Of a DNA stretch of 48,471 nt, positions 25,188 through 34,892 are shown one piece after another. A program made the position numbers and the translations under genes. The DNA comes from a virus. The notes below the pieces were generated by a model. The model did no database searches and was not told the DNA's origin. It saw only the letters and a program-made list of their open reading frames with translations. The DNA lies in the IMG/VR virus record IMGVR_UViG_3300002460_000047, positions 1 through 48,471 of that record; one strand, written 5' to 3'. The stretch's first letter is position 1. The number at the start of each line of letters is the position of its first letter.

Positions 25188-25726
25188 TGAGTAAAGTTAT
25201 TATAATAAAAAATTTAGACGGCACATGTTATATTACGCGACCCGCCCCTAATATGTTTATTACAGATTTAAATGATATCCGTTCCAGAACTCGTGTAGAA
25301 CTGGCCGAAAAAAAGATTTTAAAATTAGATGCGACTGACGCTGAAGTTTTAGAATGGGTTCGTAATGACGTTACCTCAAAATATCCAAATTCATCTAGTA
25401 GAATTACTGATGATAGTAATTTACCTAATAAAAACAGTTCAGTTGATATATTTAGAAATGCTTGGACAGATGATAATCCAACAGAAACTGTAGATGTAGA
25501 GATCACTAGAGCGCACCAAATTAAGAAAACACATTTTCGTGCGCTTCGTAAACCAATATTAGAAAAATTAGACGTTGAATCTATGAAAGCCGTCGAAGAT
25601 AATAATACTGCTTTAGTAAACGCAATCTCAACTAAAAAACAAGAATTACGAGACGTTACATTATTAACTTTACCAGATGATATAGAACAATTAAGAAGCT
25701 TTAAACCTTCTTGTTTAGATTATTAA
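25187..25726 (+). CDS. Hypothetical protein (179 aa)
   Basis: ATG at 25187 forms a TAATG overlap with the fibre stop. I preferred it over the track start at 25118. Confidence 0.55.
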   Translation: MSKVIIIKNLDGTCYITRPAPNMFITDLNDIRSRTRVELAEKKILKLDATDAEVLEWVRNDVTSKYPNSSSRITDDSNLPNKNSSVDIFRNAWTDDNPTETVDVEITRAHQIKKTHFRALRKPILEKLDVESMKAVEDNNTALVNAISTKKQELRDVTLLTLPDDIEQLRSFKPSCLDY

Positions 25727-25727
25727 T

Positions 25728-26045
25728 ATGGCAAATTATCCTCAATATTACAAACGTAATGATTACAAAGTAGAATGTGATATTTGTGGACGTACTAGAA
25801 AACGTTCACAATGCCGCCTTACTTGGGATAAATGGTTAGCCTGTATCTCTGATCCAGGATGCTGGTATCCAAAACATCCTTTAGATTCCCCACCTCCAGT
25901 TATACTGGATGGGAGACCCGTTAAAGACGCGCGACCAATATCCACAACTTATGTTTATGTTAGTGGTGCTGGACGTACTTGGGAAACATGTTTCTATCCA
26001 TGGGAATCTTTTACCGAAACTTTATCAACGTGGAATAATGTCTAA
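25728..26045 (+). CDS. Hypothetical Cys/Trp-rich protein (105 aa)
   Basis: ORF coupled to its neighbours. Confidence 0.55.
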   Translation: MANYPQYYKRNDYKVECDICGRTRKRSQCRLTWDKWLACISDPGCWYPKHPLDSPPPVILDGRPVKDARPISTTYVYVSGAGRTWETCFYPWESFTETLSTWNNV

Positions 26046-26992
26046 TGGCTACTTCTAGTTCAACAAATTTTAATCAAACTAGGGATAATATTATTACAGA
26101 TGCTCTATCTTTATTGGGAATTCTTAGAAAGGGAGGTACGGCTGGTTCTGATGAAATATCTTTCGCTTCTAATATTTTAAATAAAATGATTAAAGCGTGG
26201 CAAGCCTCAGGTGTTAATTTATGGAGTGAAGACGAGGGAGTTTTGTTTTTAACTAATGATAAAAATACATATACGCTTTCAGCCACGGGGGATAAAGCCT
26301 CTAATGAAAATATTAAAACAGAATTAAGCGCAGCAGGCGGTGCAAGCGCAACTACTATTACAGTAGACAGCGTTACTGATATGGCTACATCAGATAATAT
26401 AGGTGTAGAACTAGATGATAATACTATTCATTGGACTACGATTTCAGCAATAAACACTACTACAAAAGTAATAACCTTAGCAGCAGGTTTAGCCAGTGCC
26501 GCTGCAGTAGATAATAATGTATATGTGTATACTACTATTTTAAATAGACCAAGAGATATTTTACAAGTTAGATATAAATATGATGATGGAAAAGAACGAG
26601 AATTAAGATCATTAGGTAGAAACGAATACTTTGCTTTACCTGATAAAGATACTAATGCTCCTCCTACAGCATATTATTTTAGTCCTCAATTAAATTCAGG
26701 CAAACTCTATCTTTGGCCGACACCAGATGATGTAAGTGATCGAATTTTATTTACATATATCCGCACGCTGGAAGATTTCGATGCGGCTGGTGATAACCCT
26801 GATCTTCCTCAAGAATGGTTAGAGACTTTAACCTACAATTTAGCTGTACGATTAGCACCTAGTTATCAAATTAATTTAGCTAGAGCTTATCCTGATTTAA
26901 TATTACTTGCTACTACTAGCTTTCAAACTTTACAATTAGCAGATAGTGAATCAAGCTCTGTTTTTATGATTCCAAATTATGATTTGACTTAA
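26045..26992 (+). CDS. Head-to-tail adaptor, P22 gp4-like, paralog 1 (with large insertion)
   Basis: The N-terminus DNIITDALSLLGIL...SFASNILNKMIKAWQASG and C-terminus LPQEWLETLTYNLAVRLAPSY resemble the remembered P22 gp4 sequence (DLVRAALRKLGV...LEAMMAEWYQDG, ...VFHNLACRIAPDY). Confidence 0.5.
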   Translation: MATSSSTNFNQTRDNIITDALSLLGILRKGGTAGSDEISFASNILNKMIKAWQASGVNLWSEDEGVLFLTNDKNTYTLSATGDKASNENIKTELSAAGGASATTITVDSVTDMATSDNIGVELDDNTIHWTTISAINTTTKVITLAAGLASAAAVDNNVYVYTTILNRPRDILQVRYKYDDGKERELRSLGRNEYFALPDKDTNAPPTAYYFSPQLNSGKLYLWPTPDDVSDRILFTYIRTLEDFDAAGDNPDLPQEWLETLTYNLAVRLAPSYQINLARAYPDLILLATTSFQTLQLADSESSSVFMIPNYDLT

Positions 26993-27004
26993 AGGTATAT
27001 TTTA

Positions 27005-28030
27005 ATGGCAACTTCTGGTTCAATTAATTTTAATTTAACACGCGATAATATTATTGGTCATTCTTTACAATTATTAGGGATATTAGCAGCTGGAGAAACG
27101 GCAGCAGCAAATGACGTTACTTTTTGTAGTAATTCATTAAATATGATGGTAAAGCATTGGCAAGCTAAGAGTATTTATATTTGGAAAAAAAGTGAATGTA
27201 TTATTGGTTTACGAAATGGTATTAATGCGTATACATTAGCTACGTCAGGGGGAGATCGGGCAGGGGATGTTGGAGCAGTTTATACTACTGTAACCCCAGC
27301 AGAAGCCTCTGGTCAAACCGTTATATCATTAGCTGATACTACGGGAATGACTGCTGCTGATGTGATAGGAATTGAATTAGATAACAATACGAGACAATTT
27401 ACTACTATTAGTACTGTAGATAGTTCAACTCAAGTAACTATTGCTGCAGCCTTAACTGCAGCTGCTGCTGCTGGAAATTCCGTATTTTCATATACTACAA
27501 TTTTGTCTAGACCAATGAAGATTACCTCTTTACGATATAAAGAAAGAGCAGGGGTTGAAAGAGAATTAGAATTTTTACCAAGAGAGAAATTCTTTGCTCT
27601 CCCTAATCGTGCCACTCTTGGTCCGCCTTCTCATTTTTACTATGCTCCTCAATTAACATCTGGTAAATTATATGTATGGCCTACGCCTAATGATGCTGGA
27701 GATTTATTAACAGCTAGTTATATTAAAACATTAGATGATTTTGACGCTGCAACTGATGATCCAGATTTGCCACAAGAATGGCTAGATCCTGTAGCTTATA
27801 ATTTAGCTGTAAGAATTGCTCCAGCATTTGGAATATCTTTAAGTCAATCTAATCCTGATGTTATTATTTTAGCTAAAGAAATGTTAGATGATATTTTATT
27901 ATGGGATGATGATAGATCACCCTTTGACAGGAATGGTATGAGATTATTAAAAGAATCTGGACAATCTTCTACACAGTTAGGAGAAAATATGTCGTCCTCA
28001 CCATCTTCTAATCCATTAGTAAATAAATAA
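27005..28030 (+). CDS. Head-to-tail adaptor, P22 gp4-like, paralog 2
   Basis: Collinear with 26045..26992 (MATSGSINFNLTRDNIIGHSLQLLGIL..., LPQEWLDPVAYNLAVRIAPAF). Confidence 0.5.
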   Translation: MATSGSINFNLTRDNIIGHSLQLLGILAAGETAAANDVTFCSNSLNMMVKHWQAKSIYIWKKSECIIGLRNGINAYTLATSGGDRAGDVGAVYTTVTPAEASGQTVISLADTTGMTAADVIGIELDNNTRQFTTISTVDSSTQVTIAAALTAAAAAGNSVFSYTTILSRPMKITSLRYKERAGVERELEFLPREKFFALPNRATLGPPSHFYYAPQLTSGKLYVWPTPNDAGDLLTASYIKTLDDFDAATDDPDLPQEWLDPVAYNLAVRIAPAFGISLSQSNPDVIILAKEMLDDILLWDDDRSPFDRNGMRLLKESGQSSTQLGENMSSSPSSNPLVNK

Positions 28031-29466
28031 TGAAAGTAGAATTTTTAAATCCTTCTCATCCATCAAGGCCTTTAGATCAAAATCAATCGGCTTTGATTAA
28101 TCTCTATTTAGAGCAAGATCAGTCATATGGTAGATATGATGTATTTGCTCTTCCTACCCCGGGATTTGGAACACCTTTTGTTACTTTAGCAGCAGGGGGC
28201 GTAGTTAGAGGATTATTTGAACATAATGGTACTTTATATGCTGTTGCAGGAAATAAATTTTATTCTATTACATCTACTCCGACTGCAACAGAAAGAGGCA
28301 CTCTAAATACGTCTACCGGCTTAGTGTATTTTTCAGGAATTGTAGATTATATTACTATAGTAGACGGAACAAATGGTTATACTTATAGGCCGTCTACTAC
28401 AACATTTGCAGAAATTACAGATGTAGATTTTCCAGATAATGCAACATCTATTACTGATTTAGATGAATATGTTATAGCTACGCTAGGAGGTTCTAATCAG
28501 TTTCAAATTTCTGCGGTAGGAAATCCTACCTCCTGGGCAGCAGCCGATATAGCAACAATAACTACAAATTCAAATAATATAGTTAGGGGTATTGTTAATA
28601 GGCATGTATTATGGTTCTTTGGCCCTTTTACTACAGAAATTTGGTTTAATTCGGGGGCTACTTTTCCATTTGAACGAGTGGAAGGTACAGACATTGATTG
28701 GGGTCTTGCCGCAGCAGGATCATTAGCTTCAGGAGATAATACTTTAATATTTTTAGGCCAATCCGTAAATGGGGGTCCCGCCGTAGTTCAAATGGATAGT
28801 TATAAACCAAATATTATATCTAATCCTGGTATTAATTATGAAATTAGTACGTATGCCACAATTAGTGATGCTGTTGGATTTATATATGCCCAAGACGGTC
28901 ACGCTTTTTATGTGATTACTTTTCCTACAGCAGCAAAAACTTGGGTTTACGATTTAACAACTAAAGTATGGCACGAACGACAATCTAATGTAAGTGCCGC
29001 TTATACCCGTTGGCTCCCTAATTGTTACGCTTATAATTATGATAAACATTTAATTGGAGCCTATAATTCAGGTAAAGTTTATGATCTTGATACCGCAACT
29101 TATCAAGAAGATGGTACAGCAATAAGACGAAGATTAACTACTCATCCTTTTACATTAAATGAAAAACGATATACAATAGATAAATTTCAAATTGTATTTC
29201 AATCAGCAGTGGCAGCAAGCCCTGAATTTGATTTAGAAGTCTCTAGAGATGGTGGGAGAACCTTTTCGACTGCTATAACTAAAAATTTAGGTACAACTAC
29301 TGATTATGGAAAAAGAATCATGTATGATAGATTAGGGCAATGCAGAAGTTGTGTTTTTAGAGTTACTTCTACTATGAATGCTCAATTTACTATTTTAGGA
29401 GCGCAAGCAGATCTTAGAATTCAAGATATGACAGTTTCAGAGAACATAGCTGGAGGAGCTAAGTAA
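28030..29466 (+). CDS. Tail hub / packaged-DNA stabilisation protein, P22 gp10-like
   Basis: 478 aa. VRGLFEHNGTLYAVAGNKFY, HAFYVITFPTAAKTWVYD, FDLEVSRDGG and the C-terminal RIMYDRLGQCRSCVFRV parallel the remembered P22 gp10 segments. The gene order gp4-like then gp10-like is the same as in P22. Confidence 0.6.
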   Translation: MKVEFLNPSHPSRPLDQNQSALINLYLEQDQSYGRYDVFALPTPGFGTPFVTLAAGGVVRGLFEHNGTLYAVAGNKFYSITSTPTATERGTLNTSTGLVYFSGIVDYITIVDGTNGYTYRPSTTTFAEITDVDFPDNATSITDLDEYVIATLGGSNQFQISAVGNPTSWAAADIATITTNSNNIVRGIVNRHVLWFFGPFTTEIWFNSGATFPFERVEGTDIDWGLAAAGSLASGDNTLIFLGQSVNGGPAVVQMDSYKPNIISNPGINYEISTYATISDAVGFIYAQDGHAFYVITFPTAAKTWVYDLTTKVWHERQSNVSAAYTRWLPNCYAYNYDKHLIGAYNSGKVYDLDTATYQEDGTAIRRRLTTHPFTLNEKRYTIDKFQIVFQSAVAASPEFDLEVSRDGGRTFSTAITKNLGTTTDYGKRIMYDRLGQCRSCVFRVTSTMNAQFTILGAQADLRIQDMTVSENIAGGAK

Positions 29467-30380
29467 TGCCAGTTACAGTTCCGCCACCACCAATTGCAAC
29501 AGAGGCCGTAACTGCAGAAGGCTATTTTGCTCCAGCTATGCAGGGCTGGTTAATTACTTTATATAAAGCATTGGGCAGCGCTACATTTGTAGGTACTGCT
29601 CCAGCTAATGCGACTTATATTGTAAAAGAAACACATACAGATTTAACCGCGGAGTTTGCCCTAGGCTCTTTAGCGACTGGGATATTAAAAAATACTACAA
29701 GTGCTGGTGTTGGTACTCCCAGTATTGCTACTGCAGGAACAGATTATTATGCTCCAAGTGGCACAGATGTTGCTGTAGTAGATGGGGGTACAGGTGCCAG
29801 TACAGCAGCAGCAGCACGAACGAATTTAGGTTTAGTAATTGGAACAGATGTACAGGCATATGATGCAACTTTAGATTCTTTTGCAGCTTATAATACAAAT
29901 GGGTTAATAACCCAAACGGCTGCGAATACTTTTACAGGTAGAACTATTACTGGTACTGCAAATGAAATTACTGTTACTAATGGAAATGGGGTTTCTGGAA
30001 ATCCTACATTAAGTTTAGGAGTTACGGTTGCTCATGGAACATATAGTGCAGCATTTACTAATGCTGCTAATTTAGACGGTACTCCCGCGAATGTTACTTG
30101 TCAATATTTACGAATAGGGAATACAGTAACAGTTAGTGGTTCTGTAACGGTTGATCCAACGTTGACAGCAACAGCTACTAAAGTAGGTATTGCGCTACCT
30201 ATAGCGTCAGATTTTGCAGCCGCAGAACAATGTTCGGGAACAGCATCCGCCCCCAGTATAGCTGGTCAAAGCGCCGCTATTACAGCAGATGCGACTAATA
30301 ATAGAGCAGAAATGCAATGGGTTTCTGGTGATGTAACATCTCAATATATGGCGTTTACGTTTACGTACCTAGTTATATGA
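29466..30380 (+). CDS. Tail fibre / needle-like protein (304 aa)
   Basis: The VDGGTGASTAAAARTNLGL motif is common in phage fibre proteins. The protein is Thr/Ala/Gly-rich. Confidence 0.45.
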   Translation: MPVTVPPPPIATEAVTAEGYFAPAMQGWLITLYKALGSATFVGTAPANATYIVKETHTDLTAEFALGSLATGILKNTTSAGVGTPSIATAGTDYYAPSGTDVAVVDGGTGASTAAAARTNLGLVIGTDVQAYDATLDSFAAYNTNGLITQTAANTFTGRTITGTANEITVTNGNGVSGNPTLSLGVTVAHGTYSAAFTNAANLDGTPANVTCQYLRIGNTVTVSGSVTVDPTLTATATKVGIALPIASDFAAAEQCSGTASAPSIAGQSAAITADATNNRAEMQWVSGDVTSQYMAFTFTYLVI

Positions 30381-30859
30381 TAAAAATAGAACTTACAGAT
30401 AATATAGATTTAATAAAAGAAGTTGTTCAAAACCCTATAGTTTTTGCTAAATTATTTGGAAATCCAACTTTAAATCCGAAAGACTGGGAACCAGAACCAG
30501 GTTTTCAATATTTAAAAATTATGTATAACGATAAATTAATGGGATTATTTCCATATAAAGTAAAAAGTGAGTTATTATTAGAAGTGCATATTTTTATCTT
30601 ACCTAAGTATTGTACTAAACATTATGTGCATAAAGCTATTTCTAAAGCTGTAAAATGGGTGAAAACTAATATAAGTGGAGTTAAAACATTAATGACATGG
30701 TGTCCAGATAATTGTTTACATATCATTAATTTCTTAACTACTCTTGGGTTTAAGCCGAGAGGACATATTCCTAATGCAGTTATATATAATCAACAAATCG
30801 CTGGAATGTTGATTTGGGATATAGATTTAGATTCATTTAATTTAATGAGGTCGGAATAA
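30377..30859 (+). CDS. Hypothetical protein (160 aa), possibly GNAT-fold
   Basis: ORF embedded in the tail module. The GNAT assignment rests only on the overall pattern. Confidence 0.4.
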   Translation: MIKIELTDNIDLIKEVVQNPIVFAKLFGNPTLNPKDWEPEPGFQYLKIMYNDKLMGLFPYKVKSELLLEVHIFILPKYCTKHYVHKAISKAVKWVKTNISGVKTLMTWCPDNCLHIINFLTTLGFKPRGHIPNAVIYNQQIAGMLIWDIDLDSFNLMRSE

Positions 30860-30860
30860 T

Positions 30861-33188
30861 ATGGGTGGTTCTTCAAAAATAAAGCAGCCAGAGTTAATAA
30901 ATACACAAAGAGTTGATACAAATCAAACAACAACCCAAGATGTATTTTTACAAAAACCTTCTGGTCTTGCTGCATCTCAAGCTATTTCCGCACAAAGTGA
31001 TGCAATTAACGCGGCTATACGTGCAGCTCAAACTAATACCCAACAGGCGGTAGATTTTTTAGGTAGGGGTATTGGAGCAGGCATACAACAAAATATTATT
31101 AACTCTGAACGAGGCGCTTCGTTATTAAACCAAAATTCTCAAAAAGCATTAGATGCACTAACTCAAAGTGTAATGAGCGCTACGAATGAATTAAAAACAA
31201 ATTTTACCCAGGCTAAAAGTCAATTTGTGCCTTTCCAATCTAGCGGATTAACCGCATTAGATGAAATGACCTCTCTATTAGGTCTTCCTGGCGCACCCGG
31301 CGCTGAATATAAATACCAAGATTATATTCAAAATCGTCCAGAAAAATTAAATGAATATGTTAATGAATATTCTGCTACTAGAGAAGCAGCCCCTACTAGA
31401 CCCGAAAGTTTAAATGCAGGGGTGCCTAGATATATACCAGCAGAATTTAAAGCTTCTGGACAAGCACCAACTATAAAAATGCCAGGGCAACCACAACCTT
31501 TCTTACCTTTACCTGCTGGATTTGCTTCTGGAAGTACAAACACTACCTCTAGTACGCAGCCAGGTACGAGCATATCCTCAACCCCTCCGCCTGGGATGAC
31601 GGCGTTTGATTGGCAGCAATATTTAGCAGCTACAGGACAAAGTGCAACAACGTCCCCTACTACAACTACATCAACTTCTTTTATTCCTCCAACAATTGAG
31701 CGTAGAAATCCTTTACAGCCCTCTAATTATTTAGAACCAATCAATAACTGGGGCGATAATGAATTTCTTGAAATGGCAAGAAGCTATGGAAGCATTGTTT
31801 CTGAAGGGCCGGGAAAACCAGAATTCTTTGTTTATTATGGTCCTGGTGCCGAAAGAATGACTCATATTCCTCAAGCGAATGATAATGTAAGAAATATGGC
31901 AAACAGTGTAGGCGGAGTTGCATTAGCAAAAGACCCTAATCCACAAATTCTTCGTGATAAATTATCTGAAGCTATTCCTAATACTGAAGCTTATAAAAAT
32001 AGCCGCTTATATGATACACAAGCAAAAGATTATAATGATCAATGGACTGCTTATACTAAACAATCAGAAGATGCAAGAAATATTTATGCACGAGAAGAAG
32101 AAAATAGACAACGAGAGTTTCAAATTCAAATTGATAGATATAATAAAGAATTAGGTGATTATAATACCTTAAAATCAGGTCAGGAAACTAGAGCGGGGCA
32201 ATATGCTGAACAGCAATATGCTAATCAATTAACCCCTCTGCAAGAAGCTGCCGCGAGGCCCGCTTTAACTGGCGAAGAAATTTATAGTAAATTATCTAAT
32301 ACTCCTGGCTACCAATTCCAATTGGGAGAAGGTTTAAAGGAGATTCAAAATCAAGCATCTAGAAAAGGATTATTATATTCTGGAAGATTATTAAAAGAAT
32401 TAGAAGAATACGGTCAAGGCTTAGCAAATCAAACATATGGACAACGTCTTTCGCATTTAGCAGATTTAGTACAAAGGGGATATGATGCCTCTGGACAAAT
32501 CTCTGCTGTAAACGCTAATCAAGGTACTTTATTAGCTGATTTATTAAAAACTAAAGGATTAGCCGCCTCTGATATTTATAGTAATACTGGGAGTGGTTTA
32601 GCTTCTATTTATACTAATCTAGGACAATCTAATTTAGGTGCATATTCTGCTTTAGGCTCTCAAGCCGGGGAATATCAAAGACAATTAGGAGATAATATTG
32701 CCAATCTTGAAGCTGGTAGAGGATTAGGCAAATCAGATATTTTATTACAATCTGGTCAGATATTAGAACCATATAAAACTACAAGTACAACTACTGGTTC
32801 TTCTAAGAAATTTGAAATCCCTCAACAAGGTCAGGGAGATCTATCCATTGGAGATAGGTTAAAATTAGGCGGCGCTAGCGCAGGGATTAGTGGGGCATTA
32901 GCTGGTATATCTTTCTTATCATCTAAATTATTAAAAGATGAAATTAATTCTGACATTACACAAGAACGTATTCTAGCTGGTATAGATATTTTAAAAATTC
33001 CTACATGGAAATACTTTGATAGTAACAATCCACATATAGGCCCTTATGCTGAAGATGTGCAAAAACTCTTCGGGGTTGGTAATGGCAAAGAGCTTCCTGT
33101 AGTTGATATGTTTGGAATATTATTTGTCATTATTAAAGATTTAAAAAACAAAGTTAGAAAGTTAGAGGAGACTGCTAATGGCAATTGA
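30861..33188 (+). CDS. Large virion protein with C-terminal S74-type intramolecular chaperone domain
   Basis: The last ~100 aa (SSKLLKDEI...IGPYAEDVQKLFGV...IIKDLKNKVRKLEE) resemble the autoproteolytic chaperone domain of fibres and endosialidases. The rest is Q/S/T-rich. Confidence 0.45.
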   Translation: MGGSSKIKQPELINTQRVDTNQTTTQDVFLQKPSGLAASQAISAQSDAINAAIRAAQTNTQQAVDFLGRGIGAGIQQNIINSERGASLLNQNSQKALDALTQSVMSATNELKTNFTQAKSQFVPFQSSGLTALDEMTSLLGLPGAPGAEYKYQDYIQNRPEKLNEYVNEYSATREAAPTRPESLNAGVPRYIPAEFKASGQAPTIKMPGQPQPFLPLPAGFASGSTNTTSSTQPGTSISSTPPPGMTAFDWQQYLAATGQSATTSPTTTTSTSFIPPTIERRNPLQPSNYLEPINNWGDNEFLEMARSYGSIVSEGPGKPEFFVYYGPGAERMTHIPQANDNVRNMANSVGGVALAKDPNPQILRDKLSEAIPNTEAYKNSRLYDTQAKDYNDQWTAYTKQSEDARNIYAREEENRQREFQIQIDRYNKELGDYNTLKSGQETRAGQYAEQQYANQLTPLQEAAARPALTGEEIYSKLSNTPGYQFQLGEGLKEIQNQASRKGLLYSGRLLKELEEYGQGLANQTYGQRLSHLADLVQRGYDASGQISAVNANQGTLLADLLKTKGLAASDIYSNTGSGLASIYTNLGQSNLGAYSALGSQAGEYQRQLGDNIANLEAGRGLGKSDILLQSGQILEPYKTTSTTTGSSKKFEIPQQGQGDLSIGDRLKLGGASAGISGALAGISFLSSKLLKDEINSDITQERILAGIDILKIPTWKYFDSNNPHIGPYAEDVQKLFGVGNGKELPVVDMFGILFVIIKDLKNKVRKLEETANGN

Positions 33189-34890
33189 TCCAAGAATGTT
33201 TATGCGACAACGTCAGCCTGTAAAGCCTCTAACAGTGCCAGAAGGTCCAGATCTTAGTAATCTAGCTATCCCGTTTTCTGAAACTGGTGCAGCAAGCCCA
33301 GCACCTGTTGGAAGAGGTGGAATGCCTAATTTAGGTTTATCTTCTGCTGCAGGTGGGACAGACACCGCTGCACTACAAAATCAAAAATCTAATTTAGCAG
33401 CATTATTAGAATCTCAACCCGAATTAAAAGATATCTTAGGAAATAATTACTTACCTCAATCAGAAGTAGGGAGATTAACTGATTTACAAGTAGCTAGAGA
33501 GTTAGAAAAAGCATCTCGATTAAAAGACACTCTTAAAGAACGTAATTCTCTTGCTTATCAAGAGGGGGGTTTTCCTGCAGTCGTTAAACAAATGCATGAA
33601 ATGGGTTTAACTGATATGGCTATAGATTTAGAAGAAAAGCACGAAAAATTAAAATCTAGTATTACCGGGAATAAAAGAAGTTTAATTGATTTAGATGAAA
33701 AAGAATTTGATGTAGCAATGAAAAAAATATCTGCTTTTGGTAATGCGGCTTCAGTAATTGAAAGTTTACCTCCTGAACAAAGATCTGGGGCGTATCAACA
33801 ATTAAAGCCTGAGGTTGAAAAATACATGAAACTTAAATTACCAGATCAATATAATCAATTATTTTCTTTAATGGCATTAACAACTGTTATGGATTTTAAA
33901 TCCCAAGTTGATAAAAACCCTTACTTAATGGCAAGACTGGTACCTGAAGGCGCTAAAGCTTCAAATCCAGATGCCGAAGTTCCTACTGCCCGAGGAGGTG
34001 CCGTTACTACAGGACCTAGCGCTGGTTTTGGATCGTTACCTCGCCATGTAACTAATATGAGCAGTACAGAATCTCCAAATGTACTATTTGGCGGTCAAAA
34101 TTTATACAATGCTCAATCTCTTCCGGGAGGAGGTCGTACTTTTAATACAAATATTTATGCTCCTGGTGGAAATGAAGTTTATGGTTCTAACTTTTCAGCT
34201 AAACAGCAAATGGCTAACCAAATTGGAAGACAGCATGATCCAGTAGTACAGGGCGGTTATCAAGCTCAAAATCAAATGCAGCTTTTACAACAACAAGGTC
34301 AATCGGCTCAAGAATTGGCTAAAATTAAAGGAACCTTTGATTTAATGCAAGCTGGTCAATCAAATCAAAAAGAGATTTTTGATCAAGAAGCTAAATTAAG
34401 AGGTAATTATATTAATGAATCTGGAGAATTTCAGAAAATTAATTCTGCTTATGGAAGAATACAGGGCTCTGCACAAAATCCATCTGCAGCTGGAGATCTA
34501 GCTCTTATATTTAATTATATGAAAATGCTAGATCCTGGGAGTACAGTTCGTGAAGGAGAATTTGCTAATGCTGAAAATAGTGCTGGAATTCCAACTAGAA
34601 TACGTGCACAATATAATAAACTTATAAATGGCGAACGACTTGCACCAACACAACGACAAGATTTTCTAAATCAAGCCGGAGCAATTTATAAACAACAAGA
34701 ATCAATTTATAATCAATTGCGCTCTCAATATGAAGGGATTTCTATCCGTTCTGGAGTAAATCCTCAAAATGTTATGCCAGATTATAGAGTACAATCAGGA
34801 CAGCCAAGTTATTCACAAGAAGATTTAGATTTTACGGCTAAAAAACATGGTATTAGTGTTGATGAAGTTAAACGCCGTTTAGGTAAATAA
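33178..34890 (+). CDS. Putative internal virion / ejection protein (570 aa)
   Basis: Size, low complexity and position after the hub genes, as for P22 gp7/20/16. Confidence 0.4.
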   Translation: MAIDPRMFMRQRQPVKPLTVPEGPDLSNLAIPFSETGAASPAPVGRGGMPNLGLSSAAGGTDTAALQNQKSNLAALLESQPELKDILGNNYLPQSEVGRLTDLQVARELEKASRLKDTLKERNSLAYQEGGFPAVVKQMHEMGLTDMAIDLEEKHEKLKSSITGNKRSLIDLDEKEFDVAMKKISAFGNAASVIESLPPEQRSGAYQQLKPEVEKYMKLKLPDQYNQLFSLMALTTVMDFKSQVDKNPYLMARLVPEGAKASNPDAEVPTARGGAVTTGPSAGFGSLPRHVTNMSSTESPNVLFGGQNLYNAQSLPGGGRTFNTNIYAPGGNEVYGSNFSAKQQMANQIGRQHDPVVQGGYQAQNQMQLLQQQGQSAQELAKIKGTFDLMQAGQSNQKEIFDQEAKLRGNYINESGEFQKINSAYGRIQGSAQNPSAAGDLALIFNYMKMLDPGSTVREGEFANAENSAGIPTRIRAQYNKLINGERLAPTQRQDFLNQAGAIYKQQESIYNQLRSQYEGISIRSGVNPQNVMPDYRVQSGQPSYSQEDLDFTAKKHGISVDEVKRRLGK

Positions 34891-34892
34891 TA

